Positions 30,660 to 39,868 of a stretch of DNA of 64,000 nt are shown in pieces; position 1 is the first letter of the stretch; every line of letters starts with the position of its first letter. The stretch covers positions 19,562 to 83,561 of the forward strand of contig JAVZPM010000001.1 in the NCBI GenBank assembly GCA_038881595.1. The letters are read 5' to 3'. A program made the translations under genes and the position numbers. The DNA is from Candidatus Micrarchaeia archaeon (lineage in GTDB: Archaea; Micrarchaeota; Micrarchaeia; CABMEP01). The notes under the pieces were generated by a model that saw only the letters and a program-made list of their open reading frames with translations, had not been told where the DNA came from and ran no database searches.

Positions 30660-33066
30660 GTTGAGGATAAAAATTCTCTTTATATTTCTCTATATAAATA
30701 GTATCTATCTTAGAATCCAAATAAGTTAGAATAAATCTACCTTGATATTCTCTTAATAATTGAAGATACTTCCTTATATATTCTGAATAATCATTCTCTT
30801 TCGATAATTTTATATAATTTTTAAGCTTATCCTCTATGTCTTTCTTTTTATTTGATTCATCTTCTACAAAAACTTCTACTTTACCTAAAGAGTATCTAAA
30901 GCCTTGAGGCAAGATTGAACTTAACGATGATACAGACCAAATGGTATAAGCAACAAGATTATTAACAAAATCTATATAGTCTTTACTTTGAGAATATTCA
31001 AATTTTGATGTATCGATTTCTTTTTTTATAAATTCTTCACTGAATTCACTCTTTTTAATCAAATTTCCTTTATTTTCTCTTAATAATTCGATTACTTTAT
31101 TAATTTCTTCTCTATCATACGGACCATAAAAATTTATATTGCTTTTATTTTTTTTATTGTTTTCACTATTTTCACTTTCTTCTTTTCCACCGCTTTCACC
31201 AACTTTATCACTGGGTGGTAGCAATATTATAAATTCTGCATTACGGCTTTTTCCATCTCTATTAACTCTCCCTGCCGATTGAACTAAAGAAGGAATTGGT
31301 GAAATCAATCTTATTATACAGTCAAAAGAAATATCAACGCCTGCTTCTAATACTTGCGTTGAAATGGCTATTAACTTCTTACTCTTGTTTATTTTATCTA
31401 ATTCCTTTTGTTTATGCTCATTAATTAATGAACTATGTATTAACGCTATTTCATAATTTTCTTTAATAACATCTTTAGCATTCTTTTTTTCTAGTAATCT
31501 ATATAAGTCAACAGCGTTTTTTATTGTATTGACAATTATACAAATTCTAGAATTTTCTTCATTTTTTGATTCATTTACTTTCTGTTTTATTATATCTACA
31601 ATTTGAGAATTTTTATCAATCTCACTTATTAAAACATTTGCGTCGCGTTTTTTATGAAAAGACCACCAATATTTATCGTACAAAAGTTTAAATGGAATAC
31701 CATCAATAGCTATATAATCTTTAAATTCAGAAACTGAAATTTCAAAAGGAGGTGTAGCAGTAGTTATTGCCAATTTACAAGTATATTCACCATTTATATC
31801 TTTTATATTTGCTATTTCACTTATTAATTTATACATTAAATTCCTCATGTCCATTCCATAAGCCTGTATTTCATCAAAAACGATTACTGAATTCATTAAC
31901 ATACCATATCTTATAGGATATCTCTCTAAATTTAAGAATGACATCAGTATTTGATCTGCTGTAGTTATTATTATTGGTTTCTCCATAAAATACTTTCTCG
32001 CATTTAGATAGAAATTAAATTTTTCAATATCACTTAGTTCACTTGCATAATCAATTGTTTTATCAGTTATCCAATTTGAATCCCATTTATCAACGTTTTC
32101 GTCTCCGAAATAAAAAGTAAAACGATTATACAAGTCGTTTATTAAATTTCGATAAGGTAATACATATATTATTTTTCTTGCGTTCAATTTTTTGGCATTA
32201 CTCAATGCCCATTTTAAAGATAATTCAGTCTTGCCTATTCCAGTTGGTGCGCATATAAAAATTCTATCATCATCTATATTTTTAATTAATAGATCTTCGA
32301 TTTTATTTCTAATACTTTCAGCTTCTAAATCCTTATCTACTCTTTCTTCCTTTCTTTCTTTAAATTTCTTTTTGAAAGAAGATTCAATCTTATTCCAATC
32401 TGGTAGAATTTCCTTATTGCTATCGGAAGTAGAATACCAATCTAATTCCACGAAAATAGAATAAAGTGAAGCAAATTTCTTTTTGACCTCAGGTGAAACC
32501 ATTTTAAATTTATTATATATTCGTTTTAAAATCTCTTTTAATTTTTCATTATAAAGGCGATTATAATCTGAACCATTTGAATTTAAATAGTAATATATAA
32601 ATTTTTCTTCATCGAAATATTTTCCATAATTAGGATCTAAACTTTGAAGTATTTGCTTAACTCTTATTAGCTCATCTTTTTCTATTATATTGATATTATT
32701 TTTTTGAATGGAAAAATGAACCAAATCATTTTGTAACATATCAAAAGATATTGGTCCATGATGGTAATAAACTAACATTAGATAAATATCTATATCCTCC
32801 TCATTAATTGATCTTTGATTCGTTATATTGTATTCTTTTATAATGTATTCAATAATTGGCAGAGAAGCTAAAGGATGTCTAAATCTAAAGTTCTCATTTT
32901 TTTCTAATTTCTTCTGAAATTTATCTGAAACTTTACCGATATCATGCAATAAAAAAACCAGCGCTTCTAATTCTGAAATATTTTTTGGAATTTTATTCTT
33001 TATTTCCCTCAAATGATCTATAAGCTTTTGATTAGGCCTAGCTAATAATTGATCATGCTGCATCAA
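30640..33066 (-). CDS. cas3: Cas3 HD nuclease-helicase
   Basis: LHDIGK, APTGIGKT, DEIQ, STQVLEAGVDI, QSAGRVNR. Confidence 0.95.
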   Translation of the reverse strand: MMQHDQLLARPNQKLIDHLREIKNKIPKNISELEALVFLLHDIGKVSDKFQKKLEKNENFRFRHPLASLPIIEYIIKEYNITNQRSINEEDIDIYLMLVYYHHGPISFDMLQNDLVHFSIQKNNINIIEKDELIRVKQILQSLDPNYGKYFDEEKFIYYYLNSNGSDYNRLYNEKLKEILKRIYNKFKMVSPEVKKKFASLYSIFVELDWYSTSDSNKEILPDWNKIESSFKKKFKERKEERVDKDLEAESIRNKIEDLLIKNIDDDRIFICAPTGIGKTELSLKWALSNAKKLNARKIIYVLPYRNLINDLYNRFTFYFGDENVDKWDSNWITDKTIDYASELSDIEKFNFYLNARKYFMEKPIIITTADQILMSFLNLERYPIRYGMLMNSVIVFDEIQAYGMDMRNLMYKLISEIANIKDINGEYTCKLAITTATPPFEISVSEFKDYIAIDGIPFKLLYDKYWWSFHKKRDANVLISEIDKNSQIVDIIKQKVNESKNEENSRICIIVNTIKNAVDLYRLLEKKNAKDVIKENYEIALIHSSLINEHKQKELDKINKSKKLIAISTQVLEAGVDISFDCIIRLISPIPSLVQSAGRVNRDGKSRNAEFIILLPPSDKVGESGGKEESENSENNKKNKSNINFYGPYDREEINKVIELLRENKGNLIKKSEFSEEFIKKEIDTSKFEYSQSKDYIDFVNNLVAYTIWSVSSLSSILPQGFRYSLGKVEVFVEDESNKKKDIEDKLKNYIKLSKENDYSEYIRKYLQLLREYQGRFILTYLDSKIDTIYIEKYKENFYPQHENSDK

Positions 33067-33830
33067 ATCACCAAGAATTGATTAATATTTCCATTCAACT
33101 TTATTTCAAAAACAGGAATATTATTATTTAATCTAAATTCCATTTTTCTTAATGGAACCAAAACTTCTTTTTCTTTCATTGTATCTTCAACTTTTTCTAT
33201 ATTTTGAGGGGTACTAATAAGTATAGAAGATCTTAAAAATTCGCTAAGTTTGTCTCTATCGATACTTGATAAATCAACAACATCAAGAGGTAAAATGAAG
33301 TCAGTCTCAATATCTTGCCTATTACTAAAATTAATTTGATTGCTATTTATTTCTTCAGATAAATTAATAGTAGCCGGACATTCATTATAGCCTAAATAAA
33401 CTTTAAAAATTTCGCTATTTATGATTATTTCTTTATTTTTTTCTCCTAATATTGGATCATCTTTAGGTAGAAAATATATAATCTCATATGATGGATTTAC
33501 AATATACTCTATAGTAGTTGGTTTACGTTCTCTCTCTTTTGACATATAATTTACATAATCCATATATTTTACTATTCCTCTTTTTAGTGAAATTGCTATG
33601 AATGTATTGTCAAATAATTCTCTTAATTTTTTACTTTTGAATAGTAATATATTTTTATCAATTCTTTTGTATAAACCAACTTTAGCAAGTAACATGCCTA
33701 TGGCAGTTGATTTTGGAGGTAAAATAAAAGTTAATCTACTTGAAACTGTAGTTGGCTGCCTAAAATGGGCAAGCCAACCTTCAACACTTAATCTATAAAA
33801 CCAAAATTTAGAAAGATCTAAATTTTGCAT
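33063..33830 (-). CDS. cas5: Cas5
   Basis: AHFRQP..TFILPPKSTAIGML, YLG motif; AGGTG RBS before ATG 33830. Confidence 0.88.
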   Translation of the reverse strand: MQNLDLSKFWFYRLSVEGWLAHFRQPTTVSSRLTFILPPKSTAIGMLLAKVGLYKRIDKNILLFKSKKLRELFDNTFIAISLKRGIVKYMDYVNYMSKERERKPTTIEYIVNPSYEIIYFLPKDDPILGEKNKEIIINSEIFKVYLGYNECPATINLSEEINSNQINFSNRQDIETDFILPLDVVDLSSIDRDKLSEFLRSSILISTPQNIEKVEDTMKEKEVLVPLRKMEFRLNNNIPVFEIKLNGNINQFLVI

Positions 33831-33841
33831 TATAACACCTT

Positions 33842-34822
33842 TTAATTTTTGCTGTAAACTATTTCCTCTGCTATCTCTTTTATTTTCCATTTTTGTCCTA
33901 ATTTACTTAATTTCTCTTCAGTTTCATCAAAGAATAGTTTATCTGCATAGTAATAAGTTTTATTTGATTTGAATGTTGGAATTTCTGCAAACTTTAATTT
34001 ATCATCTGCTACATTGATACACTTGAAAATCTTCTTATCTGAATCACCGTATCCAAAATCGTTTATTTCTAATAATTTAAATATGCATGTAGGTCTATCT
34101 CTTGCACCACCTGAATCTTTTTGAAGGGCATAGTCAACCGCTTCAAGGAAGTTTTCTAAACGATTTAATCTTTCTTCCTTGTTATCTCCTACGTATTCAT
34201 CGTTTGAATATAATATAAGATCAGGGTTTATATAAAATGATGCAAAATAGAATTCTTTTGAAATCGATCTGTTTATTAAAGAACCCCCTCCGCTACTTTC
34301 ATCCTTAACATTCAAAATGCAACTATTAAAGTCTATAAACTGATGAATTGGTTCTAATGAAACTGCTCCCCACGTCGTTATGGGACCAGGTCTATTTATC
34401 TTCTCCTCATACATGAAACCGAATAAGTCAACATCTATATATTTTTTAATAGCGTTTTTGATATCTTTTCTAGCATCAGCTGAATTTGATTTTGCATCTA
34501 CTGTATTCTCTGCCATTACGCAAGACAATTTCTTTTTAATCCAATAATCTCTTATCCTTCTTTTAATAGCGTAAGGACTTATATAAATGCGAGGTTCGGC
34601 TTCTTCTCCCCAAGGTATAATCTTTTGAGAGATTACATTAGTTCCTGTTGAACCACTTGCATTTTGATTTGATGGGAAAGAGTAATAAATAGCTGTTAAA
34701 GTTACTCTTTTTCCATGACTAAAACCATATTTCTCACTTATTTCCTTCATTTCTTCGCTAAACAAAACAAACTCTTTGAATTTCTTAGCTTCTTCATTTT
34801 TATCTTTATTATTTTTAGCCAT
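33842..34822 (-). CDS. cas7: Cas7 backbone subunit (DevR/Cst2-like)
   Basis: YISPYAIKRRIRD, DLFGFM, GGARDRP; position in operon. Confidence 0.85.
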   Translation of the reverse strand: MAKNNKDKNEEAKKFKEFVLFSEEMKEISEKYGFSHGKRVTLTAIYYSFPSNQNASGSTGTNVISQKIIPWGEEAEPRIYISPYAIKRRIRDYWIKKKLSCVMAENTVDAKSNSADARKDIKNAIKKYIDVDLFGFMYEEKINRPGPITTWGAVSLEPIHQFIDFNSCILNVKDESSGGGSLINRSISKEFYFASFYINPDLILYSNDEYVGDNKEERLNRLENFLEAVDYALQKDSGGARDRPTCIFKLLEINDFGYGDSDKKIFKCINVADDKLKFAEIPTFKSNKTYYYADKLFFDETEEKLSKLGQKWKIKEIAEEIVYSKN

Positions 34823-34831
34823 AATACCACC

Positions 34832-35221
34832 TCAATTAATATTACCTTCTACTTTTTCACCTTCACTTTGAACAGACTCCTCTTTTTTTCTAGCTATGCT
34901 ACTTAGCATCCCTAAAATAAAATAAAGTCTTAGTTCTTCATCATCTGCTATTTTTTCAATATATTCATTCATATTTTGTACAATCCCTAATCCATAATTC
35001 CTAGTTATCTCTATAATTGTCCTTATAAATTCTTTTCCACTAAGCTCCATAACTGCACTAGAAGAAACAATATACTTTTCTGAACTCTCCTTATCTTCTT
35101 TATAAATATCAGATTCTTTTATTCTATAACCAAAATACATTCCCTTTTTCAATGCTTCTAATTTTGAGTTTCTATCGTTTTCACTGGAAGATTTTTTTTC
35201 TGCCATAAAATTATTTCCCAT
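34832..35221 (-). CDS. Putative Cas11 small subunit translated from an internal start in cas8
   Basis: In-frame GAGGTG-AATGAA-ATG, 129 aa. Confidence 0.55.
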   Translation of the reverse strand: MGNNFMAEKKSSSENDRNSKLEALKKGMYFGYRIKESDIYKEDKESSEKYIVSSSAVMELSGKEFIRTIIEITRNYGLGIVQNMNEYIEKIADDEELRLYFILGMLSSIARKKEESVQSEGEKVEGNIN

Positions 35222-36361
35222 TTCATTCACCTCTAAGTATTCTTCTACAAATTTTCTAAATTCCTTTAATAAAAAAGAAGAATAGAATTTTTTATGGTTT
35301 TTCGAAAAATTAGTTCTATACATATCGATAAAAGAGATTATTAATCCTTTATTCAAATATGACGTTTGAATGAAGTCACCAAGTGAAACGAAATATGTTG
35401 GTAAATCCATCAATTCATTTAAAAATATTTTTTTGAAATTTAGAACTGAATTTTTGTTTTTTTCAAGCATCTTAACTAATTTTGGAAATATATTGAACTG
35501 AGAAATAGAAATAGGTACTGTATTCCCGGCTTGGGAACCTTCTTGGAAAAACATAATGTAAATTCTAGAAAAGTTATCATTAAGATAAACGTATTTTAAA
35601 AATCTATCAAATTGATTTTCATAGAATATGAAAGATGGAGTTATGTCTTCTTCATCTGATATTATACTATAGTAAATGTAAATAATTCTTTCTTTTTTAG
35701 ATATTCTTTTTCTTTTAGAAAAGATTTCATAATTTTTATCTGGAACTGGATAAAGATTTGATAGAATTGTATATACTAAACATCTAAAACATATAGTATA
35801 TCTTTGAAATTCAAAAGTGTAATCGCTTTTATTAGAAAGGGTTAGATTTGATAAAGAACGGTTTCTTCCTTGCATTCCACAATTGTAGCATTTTGTCTCA
35901 CAATCTGTATTCTCTTTTAATGAACCAACAAAATAAGAGAATAAAATCTTTGCTTTTCTTTCACCATGAAAAAATTTAACCAGTGATTTTAATGAGAATT
36001 TCTCTTTATTTTTACCTTTTTTTCCTTGATTCTCTATTTCTCTCATTTCACCATAGGTAATAGCTAAAATTTTAGAAATATAGTCTAAACTCAACATTTT
36101 GTTAGATGGAATGTTCTCTATAGCCACATTTGTCCTTAAAATAATATGAAATACCTTTTTCATTAGTGGAAATTCACTAGGATCCTTAAATAATTTATCC
36201 CATAATTGATTTACGATTGTTGGAATGTCGTCATTTGATTTAATTATTGCATCAGAAAAACGATATAATTCATTATCTAGCTCGCTCAAATCTGAACTTT
36301 GGATTATATTTTTTGCAACGGCCCTACCCATTGCAATTTGAAAGTTACTGTACCCCTTCAC
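34832..36361 (-). CDS. cas8: Divergent Cas8 large subunit (I-B-like)
   Basis: Between cas6 and cas7; CYNC/CFRC Zn finger; helical C-terminus. Confidence 0.7.
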   Translation of the reverse strand: MKGYSNFQIAMGRAVAKNIIQSSDLSELDNELYRFSDAIIKSNDDIPTIVNQLWDKLFKDPSEFPLMKKVFHIILRTNVAIENIPSNKMLSLDYISKILAITYGEMREIENQGKKGKNKEKFSLKSLVKFFHGERKAKILFSYFVGSLKENTDCETKCYNCGMQGRNRSLSNLTLSNKSDYTFEFQRYTICFRCLVYTILSNLYPVPDKNYEIFSKRKRISKKERIIYIYYSIISDEEDITPSFIFYENQFDRFLKYVYLNDNFSRIYIMFFQEGSQAGNTVPISISQFNIFPKLVKMLEKNKNSVLNFKKIFLNELMDLPTYFVSLGDFIQTSYLNKGLIISFIDMYRTNFSKNHKKFYSSFLLKEFRKFVEEYLEVNEMGNNFMAEKKSSSENDRNSKLEALKKGMYFGYRIKESDIYKEDKESSEKYIVSSSAVMELSGKEFIRTIIEITRNYGLGIVQNMNEYIEKIADDEELRLYFILGMLSSIARKKEESVQSEGEKVEGNIN

Positions 36362-37076
36362 CTAATCCACCTTTAAACCCTAACATACCAAATCCAAGTT
36401 TAGTTCTATCTCCAATTCCATAAAATAGCGCGATTGCTTTAGCCTTATCGCCATTAAATGAAATCGAAACAGAAGGAGATTTTGCTGAAAATGCTCTTAT
36501 ATATACATCTTCATTTTTTGAGTTCTTAAAAACATACAGCTTCTTCCTAAAGTCATCCCTAGTACCATTTATTTTTACATTTGTATCTTCTACATCAATA
36601 TTTAATTTAGTACTAACTCTTTTTATTCCTTCAGAGATACTTTTTTCAAAAAAATTTAGATCAATCTCATCTAAAACTTTCTCTTTTGTTCGAATTACAA
36701 AAGGAGATAAAAAGTTAAAATGTTTATATGAACTTATATCAAAATTTTCTAAAATAGTATTTACTATATTAAAATTAAACATCTTATTTCTATCATTTAA
36801 CCTTAAACTTCTATTTAAACCAGAATAGAATGCATTAAAAACTTCTTTATAAGGAGTTGTAAAATACAAAATATGATATGATTTATAGGGAATTATATTA
36901 GAAAAAACAAATGCCCGAGGTAATTTATTTGAATGTATTTTATCACTAAGATCAGGATTTTTCATTCTTATAGCATTAAGAATGAAAGAATAAATTAAGT
37001 ATCTATCATTAAAGATAATTGAATTTGAAATTGGATTCCCTTTTCTTAAATATATCTTTAATCTTGAATAAATCAT
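36345..37076 (-). CDS. cas6: Cas6 endoribonuclease
   Basis: FVFS, LSPFVI, C-terminal GIGDRTKLGFG G-rich loop. Confidence 0.9.
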   Translation of the reverse strand: MIYSRLKIYLRKGNPISNSIIFNDRYLIYSFILNAIRMKNPDLSDKIHSNKLPRAFVFSNIIPYKSYHILYFTTPYKEVFNAFYSGLNRSLRLNDRNKMFNFNIVNTILENFDISSYKHFNFLSPFVIRTKEKVLDEIDLNFFEKSISEGIKRVSTKLNIDVEDTNVKINGTRDDFRKKLYVFKNSKNEDVYIRAFSAKSPSVSISFNGDKAKAIALFYGIGDRTKLGFGMLGFKGGLGEGVQ

Positions 37077-37094
37077 GTTGAACTTAAAATAATG

Positions 37095-37114
37095 AAAGAT
37101 TATAAATCTTTTCT
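37095..37114 (-). promoter_or_regulatory. Putative cas operon promoter (BRE-TATA) inside an inverted repeat
   Basis: Minus-strand GAAAAGATTTATAATCTTT about 25 bp upstream of cas6 ATG. Confidence 0.5.
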
Positions 37115-37137
37115 TAGTGGTTTTCCACTGAAAAAGT

Positions 37138-38949
37138 TCAGTGACTCAAATATTTCGGTTCTGGCTCTGGCCCTACAACTGCTTTTATTCTTCTTACTCC
37201 TGCAGAAACCGATTCTTCTTTTATTATCTTGAAATGACCGAGTTCAGCAGTATTTGAAACGTGGGGTCCAGTGCAAACCTCCATTGAAAAGTCACCGATA
37301 GTATAAACTGAAACTCTTTCACCATACTTTCCTTCAAAAAGTGCGATTGCTCCCTTTGCTTTTGCTTCCTCTAAAGTCATTTCTTCGCGAATCACTGGAA
37401 TCTTTCTTTTAATTGCCTCATTAACCAGATCCTCAACCTGCTTTATCTGCTCTGGTGTAAGTTTTTGAGGATAAGAAAAGTCAAACCTTAACCTCTCTGC
37501 TGTAATGTTGCTTCCTTTCTGTTTTACTTCTGGTCCTAAAATCTTTCTCAGTGCGGCGTGCAAAAGATGTGTTGCTGTATGAAGCTTGATTGTTTCTTCT
37601 TTGGTATCTGCAAGTCCACTCTTGAATTTTTTCTCTGTTGCCATTCTTGAAAGTTCTTGATGTCTTTGGTACTCTAACTTAAATTCCTCATCGAAACTTT
37701 GTTGGATATTGATTCCCTTCTCCTGCATCAATTCTTTTGTCATCTCTATTGGAAAGCCGTGAGACTGGAAGAGAAGGAATGCGTCAGCTCCAGTAAGCAT
37801 ACTCTTTTCAGCAATGTATTTATTGAATAACTTCATTCCAGACTCCAATGTTTCCTTGAATCTGTTCTCTTCTTTTTCTAATTCTGTGAATATAAATTGC
37901 CTATTCTTTGACAACTCTGGATAATCATCTTTATAAATTTGAATAACAACTTCTGCGAGTTCTTTACAGAAATTATCTTGAATTCCTAATAACCTTCCAT
38001 GTCTTACCATTCTTCTTATATATCTCCTTAAGATGTATCCCTGATCTACATTTGAAGGTGTAATTCCTTTTTCATCCCCTAAAATGAAAGTTGCAGCTCT
38101 GATATGATCTGCAATTACTCTAAATGATTTTATGTTTTCTTTTGATTCTTCTTTTCCGGAAATTTCCTTTAATTTATCTATAATTGGTTTGAAAACCTCT
38201 ATTTCAAATATATTTGTCTTTCCTTGTAGTATCATTGTAACTCTTTCTACACCTAAACCAGTATCTACATTCTTTTGAGAGAGTGGCTCATACTTGCCTT
38301 CTTTTGTTTTGTTATACTGCATGAATACGTCATTCCAAATCTCAACCCATCTTTTGTCGTTCGGATCAAAAACCTTTGGAGCTGGAATATCATTTGGCGT
38401 CCAGTAGAACATTTCTGTATCTGGTCCACATGGTCCTGTGTTTCCTGCAGGACCCCACCAGTTATTCTCCTTTGGAAGAAATGCGATTCTTTCCTTTGGA
38501 ACGCCTAAAGACATCCAGATATTTGCTGCTTCCTCGTCTCTAGGTGCATCACTATCTCCTGCAAAACAGGTAACTGCTAACCTGCTTTTATCAAGCCCTA
38601 GCCAATTAGATGATGTCAAAAATTCATAGCTCATCTCTATTGCTTCTTTTTTAAAATAATCCCCTAAACTCCAGTTCCCAAGCATCTCAAAAAATGTTGT
38701 ATGTATGTCATCTCCAACTTCATCTATATCTTGAGTCCTTATGCATTTCTGAACGTTTGCAAGTCTTTTTCCTAAAGGATGTGGCTGCCCCATTAAATAG
38801 GGTACTAAAGGATGCATTCCAGCGGTAGTGAAAAGAACTGTTGGATCATTTTCTGGAATCAAAGATGCTGATGGTATTATCGCATGTCCTTTCTCTTTGA
38901 AGAATTGAAGATATTTTTTCTTTAAAATTTTTGAATTTATAATGTCCAT
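37138..38949 (-). CDS. alaS: Alanine-tRNA ligase, short bacterial-type form
   Basis: DPTVLFTTAGM, FEMLGNWS, CGPDTE, HTATH..CTGPH editing motifs, GVRRI; 603 aa. Confidence 0.95.
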   Translation of the reverse strand: MDIINSKILKKKYLQFFKEKGHAIIPSASLIPENDPTVLFTTAGMHPLVPYLMGQPHPLGKRLANVQKCIRTQDIDEVGDDIHTTFFEMLGNWSLGDYFKKEAIEMSYEFLTSSNWLGLDKSRLAVTCFAGDSDAPRDEEAANIWMSLGVPKERIAFLPKENNWWGPAGNTGPCGPDTEMFYWTPNDIPAPKVFDPNDKRWVEIWNDVFMQYNKTKEGKYEPLSQKNVDTGLGVERVTMILQGKTNIFEIEVFKPIIDKLKEISGKEESKENIKSFRVIADHIRAATFILGDEKGITPSNVDQGYILRRYIRRMVRHGRLLGIQDNFCKELAEVVIQIYKDDYPELSKNRQFIFTELEKEENRFKETLESGMKLFNKYIAEKSMLTGADAFLLFQSHGFPIEMTKELMQEKGINIQQSFDEEFKLEYQRHQELSRMATEKKFKSGLADTKEETIKLHTATHLLHAALRKILGPEVKQKGSNITAERLRFDFSYPQKLTPEQIKQVEDLVNEAIKRKIPVIREEMTLEEAKAKGAIALFEGKYGERVSVYTIGDFSMEVCTGPHVSNTAELGHFKIIKEESVSAGVRRIKAVVGPEPEPKYLSH

Positions 38950-39024
38950 AATATAAATCAGTGGTTAAATATTAAAAAGATATTTGATTAATATAATAAC
39001 ATATTATTTTGAAAGATGTTATTT

Positions 39025-39097
39025 GGCCCTGTAGTCGAATGGTTAAGACGCCACTCTCACACAGTGGAGATTCGGAGTTCGATTCTCCGCGGGGCCA
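39025..39097 (+). tRNA. tRNA-Val(CAC)
   Basis: Acceptor GGCCCTG/CGGGGCC, anticodon arm CCACT-CTCACAC-AGTGG, T-loop TTCGATT. Confidence 0.95.
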
Positions 39098-39110
39098 TGG
39101 AGATGATAAT

Positions 39111-39458
39111 ATGACTATATACCACCCAGGAAAAGTGGTTGCGGTTTATACATCAAAATCTAAAGATGTAATAAGCAGCGGAAAGGACGTACAAGTACTA
39201 GTTGAGATGTGGGATGATAATCTATTTACTTGCGATGTGTCAGCAGCGATATCTGACAAGGTAAATGAAGAAGATGTAGTTCTTGTAGATTATTCCCCAA
39301 TCTCAGCAAAGATAAACGTACCTAAGCATTTAGTTGTAAAGATACTAAGAGGAAAAACAGCGGAAAAAACATGGGACAAGTACAGATCGTTTTATCATAA
39401 GAAGAAAAATGAAAATCAGCCAAAACCACCACAGCCACCAATGCAACTTTATGGCTGA
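39111..39458 (+). CDS. Hypothetical protein immediately downstream of tRNA-Val
   Basis: MTIYHPGKVV; the ORF-track extension to 39009 runs through the tRNA. Confidence 0.7.
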   Translation: MTIYHPGKVVAVYTSKSKDVISSGKDVQVLVEMWDDNLFTCDVSAAISDKVNEEDVVLVDYSPISAKINVPKHLVVKILRGKTAEKTWDKYRSFYHKKKNENQPKPPQPPMQLYG

Positions 39459-39576
39459 AATTTGATTAAAAAATAAAAAGTTAAACTAATATCGTTCTAA
39501 TAATTATTCTAATAACTTGCTAAAAAGATAAGTATAAAATATTTAACTGACATATATCTTTTACTTCTCAGTTTTA

Positions 39577-39651
39577 GCTCCGATCGTCTAGCCCGGTCAA
39601 GGACGCAGCCCTCTCAAGGCTGAAACTCGGGTTCAAATCCCGATCGGAGCA
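39577..39651 (+). tRNA. tRNA-Glu(CTC)
   Basis: Acceptor GCTCCGA/TCGGAGC, CAGCC-CTCTCAA-GGCTG, GTTCAAAT. Confidence 0.95.
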
Positions 39652-39656
39652 CTGAT

Positions 39657-39774
39657 GCAGGGGTGCCGGAGCGGTCAAACGGGGCAGCCTCAAGACCTAG
39701 GCAAAGCCTAAAAGGCAGCCCGTAAGAAAGCTGTTGGCTTAGGCCTTACGTGAGTTCGAATCTCACCCCCTGCA
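39657..39774 (+). tRNA. tRNA-Leu(CAA) with 34-nt intron (39695-39728)
   Basis: Acceptor GCAGGGG/CCCCTGC, long variable arm, CT-CAA-G then insertion at 37/38. Confidence 0.9.
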
Positions 39775-39868
39775 CTTTAAATTCTATTTTTTAATGCAAT
39801 TACAGCTAAATATTCGAATAGATTCAAATAAAAATAGATTCTAATAAAAAGTGTATTGAAAAAAGATA

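Noticed and set aside
39009..39110. N-terminal extension of the 39009-39458 ORF
   Set aside because: Overlaps tRNA-Val; ATG 39111 with RBS is the better start
39695..39728. tRNA-Leu intron as a guide RNA, or as evidence of a TAA-to-CAA anticodon switch
   Set aside because: No C/D boxes; the same C34-A mismatch occurs in tRNA-Trp, so it is not specific evidence of a switch
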